DNA of 64,000 bases from contig CAVPPF010000005.1 in NCBI GenBank assembly GCA_963707435.1, positions 578,714 through 642,713 on the forward strand, read 5' to 3'. This DNA comes from an uncultured Actinomycetota bacterium (GTDB lineage Bacteria; Actinomycetota; Acidimicrobiia; Spongiisociales; UBA4744). The notes beneath the pieces were generated by a model that saw only the letters and a list, made by a program, of their open reading frames with translations, had not been told where the DNA came from and did not search any database. The position numbers and the translations under genes were made by a program. Shown piece by piece: positions 47,441 to 56,971 of the stretch. Positions within the stretch are counted from its first letter, which is position 1; each line of letters starts with the position of its first letter.

Positions 47441-49618
47441 GTGAGCACAACATCCGACCGTTCGCCGAGCAACGGTGCCGGTCTCGGCACGTTCGGTGGA
47501 GTCTTCACACCGTCGATCCTCACCATCCTCGGCGTCATCATGTACCTGCGCTTCGGGTGGGTGGTCGGCCAGGCGGGTCTCACGGGGTCCCTGGTCATCG
47601 TTACCATCGCCACCCTGATCACTTTCCTGACCGGCCTTTCCATTTCACAGATCGCCACCGATCAGCGGGTCCGGGCCGGTGGGGCGTACTACATGATCAG
47701 CCGGGCATTGGGCGTCGAAATCGGGGGCGCCATCGGCATCCCCCTCTACCTTGCCCAGGCACTCTCGGTCGCCCTCTACACCATCGGATTTGCCGAGAGC
47801 GTCGCCCGGGTGTTTCCGCTCAACGAGCGGATAGTCGGTTTGGTCACGACGATCCTGATTACCGTGATTGCCCTCATCTCCGCCAGGGTGGCGATCCGGG
47901 CCCAGTACTTCATCATGGGCGGCATTGCCCTCTCACTCCTGTCGTTCTTCTTCGGGCAAACGGCAACCGTTGAGGCTGCCGCCACGTTTGATCCTGTGCC
48001 GTTCTGGCAAGTCTTTGCGGTCTTCTTCCCGGCCGTGACCGGGATCATGGCCGGTGTCAACATGTCCGGCGACCTGGCCAACTCCCGCCGGTCCATTCCG
48101 CGGGGCACCCTGGCTGCGATCAGCGTCAGCTACCTCATCTACATGGCCATTCCCATCTTCCTTTCCGATCGGGCCACCCCCGAGCAGCTGGTAGCCGACC
48201 CGCTCATCATGCGGAACATCGCCATCTGGGGCGATGCCATCCTCATCGGTGTTTGGGGAGCGACGTTGTCGAGCGCTCTGGGCAGCATTCTGGGGGCTCC
48301 CCGGATTCTCCAGGCAATCGCCCGGGACAACATCCTTCCCAAGCCGCTGCGGTTCTTGGGCCGGGGGAACGGACCGAACGACGAACCCCGGATCGGCACG
48401 TTCGTGACCCTGGGCCTAGCTCTCACCGCCGTCGCCCTCGGCGACCTCAACGTCATCGCACCGATCCTGACCATGTTCTTCCTCGCTACCTACGCCGTGG
48501 TCAACATCGTCTCGGCGGTCGAGCGCCTTCTCCGCAGCCCTTCGTTCCGGCCCACGTTCCGGGTTCCGTGGTTCTTCTCGTTCATCGGTGCCGTCGGGTG
48601 TTCGGTCGTGATGGTCCTCATCGACGCACCGGCCACGGTGCTGGCCGCCGTGGTCATCACCGGGGTCTATCTATGGCTGAAGCGGCGCGGACTGCAAAGC
48701 ACGTGGGGAGACGTCCGCCAAGGAGTATGGCAAGCAATGATCCGCTGGGGACTCTTCAACCTGCGCGGTGAAGTGGAGGCTCGCAGCTGGCGACCTCACT
48801 TCCTGGTGTTGGCCGGGAACCCGCAGAAGCGCTGGTACCTCATCGATCTGGCCAATACCATCTCCCACGACCGCGGGATACTCAGCGTGGCGACCATCCT
48901 GCCGGCCTCCGCTGCTACCACCGAACGCAAGAACAGCCTGGCCGCTACGATCCGGGATCACCTCGAAGAACGCAACGTCGATGCCCTCGTGCGCGTGGTA
49001 TCCGCCGCGACGCCCTACAAAGGCGCCGCCACATTGGTTGAGGCATACGGGCTCGGCTATCTGGTCCCCAACACCGTCTTGCTGGGGGACGGAGAAGGCA
49101 CCGAAGATCCCATCGAGTACGCGCAGATGATCGCCAGCTTCTACAAGGCAAACCGGAACGTCGTGATCGTGAGAGCCGACGAGGAACGCCTCTTCGGACG
49201 GCGCCGCCACATCGACGTTTGGTGGCAGAGCATGCGAGGGAACGGAAGCCTGATGGTCACCCTCGGCCATCTCATCTCCAGCAGCCTCACCTGGAGCAAC
49301 GTGGGGCTCCACGTCCGCATGATCGTGCGGGACCAGGAAGGCGCCGCCGGGGCCCGGGCGAATCTCGCCAAGTTGATCTCCGCAACGAGAATGGACGCGG
49401 CCGTCGACGTCCTCGTCGATCAACGTCCACCACTCGAGGTCATCAAGACCACCTCGACCGCCGCCGACTTGACCTTCATCGGGCTCCCCCGTCCGACCGA
49501 TGACATCGAGGCATTCGCCGACCATCTCCGCAACCTGATCAATCAGACTCGCGACCTTCCGGCCGTCGCATACGTTCTGGCAGCCGAAGACGTCGAGTTC
49601 GACCGGATCCTCCGCTGA
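47441..49618 (+). CDS. Prokaryotic cation-chloride cotransporter (SLC12/NKCC-like)
   Basis: GTFGGVFTPSILTILGVIMYLRFGWVVGQAG, GGAYYMISRALG, FFPAVTGIMAG, WRPHFLV, PNTVLLG, IDVWW. Confidence 0.9.
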   Translation: MSTTSDRSPSNGAGLGTFGGVFTPSILTILGVIMYLRFGWVVGQAGLTGSLVIVTIATLITFLTGLSISQIATDQRVRAGGAYYMISRALGVEIGGAIGIPLYLAQALSVALYTIGFAESVARVFPLNERIVGLVTTILITVIALISARVAIRAQYFIMGGIALSLLSFFFGQTATVEAAATFDPVPFWQVFAVFFPAVTGIMAGVNMSGDLANSRRSIPRGTLAAISVSYLIYMAIPIFLSDRATPEQLVADPLIMRNIAIWGDAILIGVWGATLSSALGSILGAPRILQAIARDNILPKPLRFLGRGNGPNDEPRIGTFVTLGLALTAVALGDLNVIAPILTMFFLATYAVVNIVSAVERLLRSPSFRPTFRVPWFFSFIGAVGCSVVMVLIDAPATVLAAVVITGVYLWLKRRGLQSTWGDVRQGVWQAMIRWGLFNLRGEVEARSWRPHFLVLAGNPQKRWYLIDLANTISHDRGILSVATILPASAATTERKNSLAATIRDHLEERNVDALVRVVSAATPYKGAATLVEAYGLGYLVPNTVLLGDGEGTEDPIEYAQMIASFYKANRNVVIVRADEERLFGRRRHIDVWWQSMRGNGSLMVTLGHLISSSLTWSNVGLHVRMIVRDQEGAAGARANLAKLISATRMDAAVDVLVDQRPPLEVIKTTSTAADLTFIGLPRPTDDIEAFADHLRNLINQTRDLPAVAYVLAAEDVEFDRILR

Positions 49619-49685
49619 GCCCCGACGGTGAACGCTCAACGCTCCCGGCGGCTTAGGCTGACGCCTTCAACCACGGAGCACTGAG

Positions 49686-50600
49686 ATGGCGTCGCGAATC
49701 CTCAGCACGTCGGTCGGCACCAACCGGGATGCGTTCGCCCCGGGCGATTGGGTTCTGTTCGTCTCGATTGGTGTTATCTGGGGTTCTTCGTTCCTGCTGA
49801 TGGACATCGGGCTCGAAGCCTTCCACCCCGGATTGATCACCTGGCTCCGGGTGGGACTCGGTGCATTGGTGCTTGCCTTCGTTCCGGGAGCCCGACGGCG
49901 GATCGAACCGTTCGACCGCCCCCGGTTGATCGCCCTGTCGTTCGTCTGGGTGGCCATCCCCTTCACCCTCTTCCCGATCGCCCAGCAGTACATCAACTCC
50001 GCCGTGGCCGGGATGCTCAACGGGGCCATGCCGATCTTTGCCGCCATCGTTGCCACCCTCATGCTGCGCAAGCTCCCCCGGGGCGCCGTGCTGGTTGGTC
50101 TCCTCCTCGGCTTTGTAGGAGTTGCAGCCATCAGCCTGTCCTCGGGATCAGGCGGATCATCGGAGGCGCTGGGAGTCGGGCTGGTCCTATTTGCCACTCT
50201 CTGTTACGGCCTGGCGGTCAACATCGCCGCACCCATCACCCAGCAGTACGGTTCTCTGGCCGTCAACGCCCACATGCTGGCCTACGCCTCCCTGTGGACG
50301 GCGCCACTCGGCGTGAGCGGGCTGCTGCGTTCGACGTTCGCCTGGGATTCATTCCTGGCCATTGCGGCGGCGGGGGCAATCGGCACCGGCCTCGCCTTCG
50401 TCATCATGGGCTCGCTCGTCGGCCGGGTCGGCTCCACCAGGGCATCGTTCATCACCTACATGATCCCGGTGGTTGCCCTGGTGCTCGGGGTCGTATTCCG
50501 CAACGACACGGTGACCATCGTCTCCGTCGTCGGGATCGTGCTGGTCATCGTTGGTGCCCTGCTCGCCGCCCGGCGGGAATCGATCGATCTGAGGGCATAG
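49686..50600 (+). CDS. EamA/DMT family transporter
   Basis: IWGSSFL, about 10 TM segments, ASFITYMIPVVA. Confidence 0.9.
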   Translation: MASRILSTSVGTNRDAFAPGDWVLFVSIGVIWGSSFLLMDIGLEAFHPGLITWLRVGLGALVLAFVPGARRRIEPFDRPRLIALSFVWVAIPFTLFPIAQQYINSAVAGMLNGAMPIFAAIVATLMLRKLPRGAVLVGLLLGFVGVAAISLSSGSGGSSEALGVGLVLFATLCYGLAVNIAAPITQQYGSLAVNAHMLAYASLWTAPLGVSGLLRSTFAWDSFLAIAAAGAIGTGLAFVIMGSLVGRVGSTRASFITYMIPVVALVLGVVFRNDTVTIVSVVGIVLVIVGALLAARRESIDLRA

Positions 50601-50638
50601 ACAGAGCAGAACTGCAACTCACGGCCCGGTTTCGTTGT

Positions 50639-51058
50639 TCAGACGGCTCGAACCCGGTTGTTGCGGGGGTTGTGTTCCAACTCAACGAGACCGAGCACCT
50701 CGAGCACGGGAGTGACGTAGTTGCCGACCCTGCCCCGGAGGCCCTTCTTGAGGCCGTACCAGCCTCCGATCGGGTTGTCTGCCGAGCGAGCCCAGGCTTC
50801 CACGGAACCCTCCTTGGCCGGCTTCTGCTCGTCGGCATTGCCGAGTTCCATCCAGTCGCCGTGCTCTTGCAGCATGGCGTACATGTCGTCGATGATACGC
50901 AGGTCGTAGTGCAGAACGGTCTTGCCGACGGTGCACACCAGGATCGGCGGATCGGCTTCCTGATCGCGGTACATCTCAAACGACGACGTGAGGCTGGGTG
51001 TCTGCAGCACCCAGGGGTCCGTCTTCGTGCCCGATCCTGTTGCTTGTGATCCCGACAA
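50639..51058 (-). CDS. Conserved hypothetical protein (DUF6855-like)
   Basis: GTKTDPWVLQTP, NPIGGWYGLKKGLRGR, EHNPRNNR; SD AAGGAGG. Confidence 0.7.
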   Translation of the reverse strand: MSGSQATGSGTKTDPWVLQTPSLTSSFEMYRDQEADPPILVCTVGKTVLHYDLRIIDDMYAMLQEHGDWMELGNADEQKPAKEGSVEAWARSADNPIGGWYGLKKGLRGRVGNYVTPVLEVLGLVELEHNPRNNRVRAV

Positions 51059-51244
51059 TGGATCCTCCTTGGTGGATAGCCCGCCGGGCGACGACCTGGA
51101 ACGACTCTATCGGGTTCCAGTCCATCGTGGTCTTCGGGGCAGGCATGTGGGCGCGGGGCTTCCATCCGTCCCCGCAGGAGCGAGCCCGAACGCCCCGCTT
51201 CCCCGGCCCTGCCGGCCACGCGGTACGCTCCGCTCGAGGTAGTT

Positions 51245-51697
51245 GTGATCAACATCACCGTACGAACCGAAATCAACGTCGCCGCGGACGAGGCCTTCGC
51301 CTACACAGCCGATCACGCAAACAACGCCGCCTGGCAGCGTGGGATTCAATCAACCACCTGGACTTCCGCTCCCCCGATCCGGGTCGGATCAACCTACAAC
51401 CAGACGGCCGATTTCAAGAGCACGGTTACGGCCTACGAGGTAACGGCACTCGATCCAGGCCACTCGATCACGACCGAGTCGCGTCGCGGGGCCACCTTTC
51501 CCGTCACTGTGACTCGCACCGTGGTCCCGCTGGGTGAGGCTCGCTGCCGCGTCACCGTCGACCTGGCCGGCCGTCCTCGGGGGCTCCGGTGGCTCCTCCA
51601 GCCGCTCGTCGCCAACATGGTGCGCAAGTCGATTGAAGCGGACTACCGGCGACTGAAGCGATTGCTGGAAACGACCGACGAACCCGCCGAACCCTGA
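51245..51697 (+). CDS. SRPBCC/START-like protein
   Basis: AFAYTADHANNAAWQ ... DYRRLKRLLE pattern. Confidence 0.8.
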   Translation: MINITVRTEINVAADEAFAYTADHANNAAWQRGIQSTTWTSAPPIRVGSTYNQTADFKSTVTAYEVTALDPGHSITTESRRGATFPVTVTRTVVPLGEARCRVTVDLAGRPRGLRWLLQPLVANMVRKSIEADYRRLKRLLETTDEPAEP

Positions 51698-51705
51698 GGA
51701 GCCAG

Positions 51706-52404
51706 ATGCGTACCAAGCTCGTTGCCTTCGTCGGAATCACCGGTGTGCTGGCCCTGCTCGTTCAGGCATATGAGCGCTGGTTCTTCCCCAGGGACCCCGA
51801 TCGTACGTTCGCGCAGCTTGCTGCGATCGTCGCTCCGGCCGACGGGCGAATCGTGTATGTGACGCCGGTGGAACAAGGCCGCGTGCCCATCTCCATCAAG
51901 GGGAAGACCGAGATCCCCCTCGACGACATCGTCAAAGGCCAGAACAGGCCGGATTCGGGGATCCTCATCGGGATCTTCATGTCGCCGTTCGACGTTCACT
52001 ACCAGCGCAGCCCGATCGCAGGAACCGTCACAGAAGTCTCGTACCACCCGGCCGCCTTCAACTACGTCATGGGCAGCATGTTCCTGCGCAATCTGTTCCG
52101 TATTCAACCGATGTACTCGCGCTCGCCACACATCATTGAGAATGAGCGGAACGTCATCCATATCGTCGGAGAGGAACACCAGGCGTTTGTCGTCCAGATC
52201 GCCGACCAGCAAGTCAACAAGATCGACTGCTACGTCCGGCCGGGAGACGAAGTGAACATCGGTCAGAAGCTAGGAATGATCCGCCGCGGCAGCCAGGTGG
52301 ACCTCTACCTGCCGGGCATGGAGATCCACGATCTTCCCGGCATCGAAGTCGGGCAGAAGATTCGTGGCGGTGAAACCACTATCCGGATGCAGGCCGGAAG
52401 CTGA
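51706..52404 (+). CDS. psd: Phosphatidylserine decarboxylase proenzyme (short type)
   Basis: FPRDPDR, APADG, IFMSPFDVH, ENERN, VVQIA, GS cleavage motif RRGSQVDLYLP. Confidence 0.85.
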   Translation: MRTKLVAFVGITGVLALLVQAYERWFFPRDPDRTFAQLAAIVAPADGRIVYVTPVEQGRVPISIKGKTEIPLDDIVKGQNRPDSGILIGIFMSPFDVHYQRSPIAGTVTEVSYHPAAFNYVMGSMFLRNLFRIQPMYSRSPHIIENERNVIHIVGEEHQAFVVQIADQQVNKIDCYVRPGDEVNIGQKLGMIRRGSQVDLYLPGMEIHDLPGIEVGQKIRGGETTIRMQAGS

Positions 52405-52405
52405 C

Positions 52406-53503
52406 TCAGAGACTTGCCCGCCGGGAAACGACGATCGTTTCCCCCGACGCTCCGGAGAACCGGCCCCCGAAGTAGATCTGGAACGCCCATCTCGACAATC
52501 GCTCTCCGGCAAGACGGTATTTGAGCTGGTTGCTGTACAGCTGGAGAAGGTAGATCTTCTGGCGTCCATCGGCTTCGGTATACCGGTCCTTGGTTGCGTT
52601 CCAGATCCCGCCGTAGCCGACGTAAGCCAGGCCCTCCCGTATCGCGAAGCCGATCGACTCGGCCATGATCGCTTCGTAGGCGTGGTGCGTGTCCCGGGAG
52701 CGATCGAACCCGCCCTCGGACAGCTCCAGCCGATCCCTGTGCCGGACAAACGACTGCAGGCCGGTGAGGCGGCCATCGTTCTCGGTGTAGATGTGCACTG
52801 CGTCGCGGCAGTTGACAAAGAAGGAACCGCAGACCCGGTGCGCGTACTCCTTGAACTGCCAGAAGCCCGCACCACCGTGATGGCGATAGGTTGAGAGGAC
52901 CAGATCCGAGAATCGACGGGCCAGGGCCGCATCGACCGGCCCCTCGTGGACCCGGATGGTCCCGCCTGCTTTGTCGTGATCGCGGAGGTTTCGACGAAGC
53001 CGCTTGTGGAGAGCAAGGAAGTCATCCAGCCGGCCGTACTGTTGGCAGTCAATCTCACCCAACCGGTAGTCGGTCTCGAGGAGGCGGTGCCGTACCATTG
53101 GCAGCGCGGCCCGGACATCATCGTCGATCCGGCCGAAGAACATCGCGTAGTAGAAGCTGCGACGGGCCATGGCCCCGAGGAGGGCTGCTGCGACGGTCGG
53201 ACGGTCCACGCCCTCGGCGTAGTACATGGTGGTGTCCCAGCCAACATGGTTGCCCTCCCCCAGCATTTGTTTGATCGACACAAAGGGCCGAAAGCTCATC
53301 AGGCTGGTCACACCCAGCAAGTCTCCCCGCGGGCCGACCGCCCGCAGCAGTTGGAAGAACCGGCCGGCCGGAGGGATGATTTCCAGCATGCCCGGTGCAA
53401 TTCCGCGCCGTTGGAGATCCGGCAGGAGGACCGACTTTTCCCTGTCGTTCAGCGGATCAGCAGAGACGACTACCCGCACCGGGTCATCTCTGGTAGCCGC
53501 CAC
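52406..53503 (-). CDS. GNAT/FemAB-like acyltransferase-fold protein (uncertain)
   Basis: GTG 53503 after GAGGAG; DDFLALHKRLRRNLR and AESIGFAIREGLAYVGYG...TKDR resemble Acetyltransf_6/Fem-like proteins. Confidence 0.55.
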   Translation of the reverse strand: MAATRDDPVRVVVSADPLNDREKSVLLPDLQRRGIAPGMLEIIPPAGRFFQLLRAVGPRGDLLGVTSLMSFRPFVSIKQMLGEGNHVGWDTTMYYAEGVDRPTVAAALLGAMARRSFYYAMFFGRIDDDVRAALPMVRHRLLETDYRLGEIDCQQYGRLDDFLALHKRLRRNLRDHDKAGGTIRVHEGPVDAALARRFSDLVLSTYRHHGGAGFWQFKEYAHRVCGSFFVNCRDAVHIYTENDGRLTGLQSFVRHRDRLELSEGGFDRSRDTHHAYEAIMAESIGFAIREGLAYVGYGGIWNATKDRYTEADGRQKIYLLQLYSNQLKYRLAGERLSRWAFQIYFGGRFSGASGETIVVSRRASL

Positions 53504-53612
53504 GTGTAACTCCTCGTTTGCGCAGCCCCAAGGGTATCGACCAGAAAAGGCCCGGAAGCCGCCGATCCTCTCGGGAGCTCCTATCCGGAGATTCCTGGCG
53601 AATCGATGCCGG

Positions 53613-54464
53613 TCAGTATCCGGGGGACAACCGCTCCCGGCTCGTTCCAAAGGCATCGATGATCCGCGACTCGAGCAGTTCAAATCGCCGCCGGAACAGT
53701 TCCTCGTCCCGCAGGTCCATCACGTGGACGAAGAGGCGGGAGTCCTGCACCTCGAGCGCCACGGTGCCGGGGGTAAACGTGATGACGTTCATCAACAACG
53801 CCAACTCGGTGCGGGAGGTGATCCGGAGCGGCACCCCGACGACGGCCGGTTCTACTGAGCGGCGCTGCACCACGGCGCCTGCTACCTCGAGGTTGGCCTG
53901 CACGGTGGCCCACACAAACGTCCCGACAAAGCGAACAGCGGCCAGGGGCCGGAAGATACCCTCCGGCCAGCGCGGCCGGTAGGCGGGAAGGGTCAGGGCG
54001 ACGAGCAGAGCAACACCGACGGCGCCCACCAGCACCGCCGGAGACCCGGAATCGGAGAGCGCAATCCAGACGATGATCAACCAGCCGATCAGCAGACCCG
54101 CCGCACCGGGCCGGTCTCCCAACGAGGGAGGCGCTTCGCCTGCCGTCAAGCCGGCCAGGTCATCCCTGCCCGACAGCACCCGGGGAGTGGGCGGATCGTG
54201 GTAGGCGGCCCGGGCGAGCAGGCTGGCCCCCAGGGGAACCGACAGAAAGAGAAACGCTGAGACCAGCACCAGCAGCGTCACCGCCGCAACCGTGTCTACC
54301 TCGAGCGCGGCAGCCACCGTGGTAAGGATCATGCCGAGCGACGCCGCCTTCGTGGAAGCGTGCATCCGGGTGAAGACATCGGGGAACCGCACTAAACCAA
54401 CGGCGCCGAGCAGCGCCAGGAGAGCCCCAACCAGCACGGCCGTAGCGGCAATGATGTCGATCAT
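53613..54464 (-). CDS. Mrp antiporter MrpG-MrpE fusion
   Basis: N-terminal GLVRFPDVFTRMHASTKA (MrpG); C-terminal ANLEVA...NVITFTPGT...LFVH (MrpE). Confidence 0.85.
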   Translation of the reverse strand: MIDIIAATAVLVGALLALLGAVGLVRFPDVFTRMHASTKAASLGMILTTVAAALEVDTVAAVTLLVLVSAFLFLSVPLGASLLARAAYHDPPTPRVLSGRDDLAGLTAGEAPPSLGDRPGAAGLLIGWLIIVWIALSDSGSPAVLVGAVGVALLVALTLPAYRPRWPEGIFRPLAAVRFVGTFVWATVQANLEVAGAVVQRRSVEPAVVGVPLRITSRTELALLMNVITFTPGTVALEVQDSRLFVHVMDLRDEELFRRRFELLESRIIDAFGTSRERLSPGY

Positions 54465-54721
54465 CGGGCCTCACTCTCGATCGCGCGAGCAACCACCAGG
54501 GTGCCGACGAACGCCACGATGGCGATCACCACTATGACCGGTACGAAAGCAGTCTCGCCGGACCGCACCACATAGGTGCCGAGACTTCCGGCGCCAACGA
54601 ACAACAGCGTGTCGAGCGCCACCATGCGATCGGCCAGGCTGGGTCCCATCCAAAGGCGGATCACCGCGATAGCCCCGGCCATGGCGAAAATCGCAAAAGC
54701 AACGTTGGTGGCGGCCATCAT
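54461..54721 (-). CDS. mrpF: Mrp antiporter subunit F
   Basis: RLWMGPSLADRMVALD; 3 TM segments. Confidence 0.9.
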   Translation of the reverse strand: MMAATNVAFAIFAMAGAIAVIRLWMGPSLADRMVALDTLLFVGAGSLGTYVVRSGETAFVPVIVVIAIVAFVGTLVVARAIESEAR

Positions 54722-56178
54722 GTCGAAACCCCCAACACTGGTGCCGGGCCGCTCAACAGATCGGAGGCGGCCCGCGTGGCGATCTCAATGAGCGGCTGGC
54801 CGGCCAACCCGATCAGCAAGCTGAGGCCAACCAATCCGGCCGTCGCAATCACCATGACCGAACCCGGCCGGCGCCGGAGGTTGGCGGTCGGGCTACCCCA
54901 GAAGGCCGCCGACCAGATCTTGGTCATCGAGAACAACGTGAGAAGGCTCGCCACCAGTGAGACACCGACGACAACCCAGCGGCCTGCGTCGAAGCCCGCC
55001 TGCATGAGCGCCAGCTTCCCCACGAAGCCGGAGAACGGAGGGAGACCGGCCAGGCTCAGAGCGGCGGGGAGGAACAGAAGCGCGATCACCGGGAACCGGT
55101 GGAGCACCCCGGTGACGTCCTTGAGGCGCCCGGTTCCCGACGCCGATTCGACCAGACCACCGACCAGGAACATCACCGTCTTGACGATCACCTGATGGAC
55201 GATGAACACGATGGCGGCGGCGATCCCTGCCACAGTGAAGAATCCCAGGCCCATGATCATGTAGCCGATCTGGCTGACGATGTGAAACGACAGGATGCGC
55301 TTGATATCTCCCTGGGAGATGGCGCCGAGGACGCCGACGATCATGGTCAGGCCGGCGATCAGCAGGATGGGAGTTGAAGGACCTTCCAGGGGGAACAGCA
55401 GAGTCTGGGTGCGGATGATCGCATACACACCCACCTTGGTGAGGAGCCCGGCGAAGATGGCGGTGACGGGCGTGACGGCCGTCGGGTACGAATCCGGGAG
55501 CCAGAAGAACAGCGGGAAGATGGCCGCCTTGATCCCGAACACCATGAAGAACAGCCACCCCAGGGCGGTTCGGACGGCCGGATCGACATCAACCAATCGC
55601 TCCGACACTTCGGCGAGGTTGACGGTTCCGGTGGCTGCGTACACGAAGCCGATGCCCAGCAAGAACAAGGCGGAAGCGACCAGTCCCACCACCACGTAGG
55701 TCATGGTGGCCCGAACCTGACGGGCCCCGGCCCGATGGGTGATGAGGACGTAGGAGGCGGTGAGCATGATCTCAAATGCGACGAAGAGTGTGAAGAGGTC
55801 GCCGGTCAAGAATGCCAGCGCCACACCTGCCGCCAGACTCTGGTACACCGCGTGGAAGGCCGGAAAGGCCTCATCGGTATCTCTCTGCCCGACAGCGAAC
55901 GCCAGCACACCCAACAGCGCCGCAGCCGAGACACTCAGCATGAGCGCCGAGAACCGATCGGCAACGAGGGTGATCCCCAGCGGGGCCTCCCATCCTCCCA
56001 CGGCCACCGTGATCGAGCCGTCGGCGTCCACGGTGAAGAGGACGATGAGCGCGATCACGAGCGATGCGCTCGAGGACAGCAACGAGATCAGGCGCCGAAC
56101 CCACAGCGTGCGTTGCAGCAGCGCCAACGCCACGGCGCCGAGCGGTAACGCAATCAGGAGCGAAACAACGGCCGTCAT
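54718..56178 (-). CDS. mrpD: Mrp antiporter subunit D
   Basis: TGDLFTLFVAFEIML, KAAIFPLFFWLPDSY, LLTKVG, PPFSGFVGK. Confidence 0.93.
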   Translation of the reverse strand: MTAVVSLLIALPLGAVALALLQRTLWVRRLISLLSSSASLVIALIVLFTVDADGSITVAVGGWEAPLGITLVADRFSALMLSVSAAALLGVLAFAVGQRDTDEAFPAFHAVYQSLAAGVALAFLTGDLFTLFVAFEIMLTASYVLITHRAGARQVRATMTYVVVGLVASALFLLGIGFVYAATGTVNLAEVSERLVDVDPAVRTALGWLFFMVFGIKAAIFPLFFWLPDSYPTAVTPVTAIFAGLLTKVGVYAIIRTQTLLFPLEGPSTPILLIAGLTMIVGVLGAISQGDIKRILSFHIVSQIGYMIMGLGFFTVAGIAAAIVFIVHQVIVKTVMFLVGGLVESASGTGRLKDVTGVLHRFPVIALLFLPAALSLAGLPPFSGFVGKLALMQAGFDAGRWVVVGVSLVASLLTLFSMTKIWSAAFWGSPTANLRRRPGSVMVIATAGLVGLSLLIGLAGQPLIEIATRAASDLLSGPAPVLGVST

Positions 56179-56537
56179 GCCGCTTCCTTCCTCGCGAGGG
56201 CGGCAATACGCCGATCTTCCGGGTCGTCTTCGACCGCGTCCGAATCCGTCAGCACATGGCTGCGGTACGCCAGAGCCAGCAGGAAGGCCGTGACCCCGAA
56301 CGTGATGACGATGGCGGTGAGAACGAGGGCCTGTGGGAGCGGATCGGAAATCGCTCCGGTGGACCCGCCGACGATCGGGGCGGCCCCCGGTCTTCCACCG
56401 GACCCGAGCAGCGCCAGATTGGCACCGTGGGCGATGAGGCCGAGGCCGATCACGATCCGCGTGAGCAACCGCTGCATGATCAGGTAGGTGCCGGACGCGA
56501 ACAGCACGCCGGCGGCGAGGGCCAGTGCCACGCTCAC
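56175..56537 (-). CDS. mrpC: Mrp antiporter subunit C
   Basis: DPLPQALVLTAIVI. Confidence 0.93.
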   Translation of the reverse strand: MSVALALAAGVLFASGTYLIMQRLLTRIVIGLGLIAHGANLALLGSGGRPGAAPIVGGSTGAISDPLPQALVLTAIVITFGVTAFLLALAYRSHVLTDSDAVEDDPEDRRIAALARKEAA

Positions 56538-56971
56538 GTCGACTCTCCTTCCGTTTCGCCCAGCCGAAGCAGCACCGTGGCCACCAATCCGACCACCACG
56601 AGATAGACGCCGCTGTCGAAGATCAGCGCTGAGCCCACTTCGAGTTTGCCGAACCATCGGAGGTCGAGGTCGAGCTTCCCGGAGGTGAGCAAGGTCCCCC
56701 CGAGCACCAATCCACCAAGGGCGGTGGCCGTCGCCAGGGCGATCCCCGACCCGATGAGCGTGGCCGTTCGCACCGGCAGCAGCTCTGCAACGGCCTTGCT
56801 GCCTCCCGTGAGGAAGACCACCAGAAGGCCGGATCCCGCCAGCAAGCCGCCGACGAACCCTCCCCCCGGGGCGTTGTGGCCGACAACGAGAAGAAACAGC
56901 GAAACCACGAGCAGGGTCGGAACAATCGTCCGTGAGCCGGTCTCCAGCAGGTGTGAGGACTGAATCTTCAT
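56534..56971 (-). CDS. mrpB: Mrp antiporter subunit B
   Basis: GHNAPGGGFVGGL, FDSGVYLVV. Confidence 0.92.
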   Translation of the reverse strand: MKIQSSHLLETGSRTIVPTLLVVSLFLLVVGHNAPGGGFVGGLLAGSGLLVVFLTGGSKAVAELLPVRTATLIGSGIALATATALGGLVLGGTLLTSGKLDLDLRWFGKLEVGSALIFDSGVYLVVVGLVATVLLRLGETEGEST

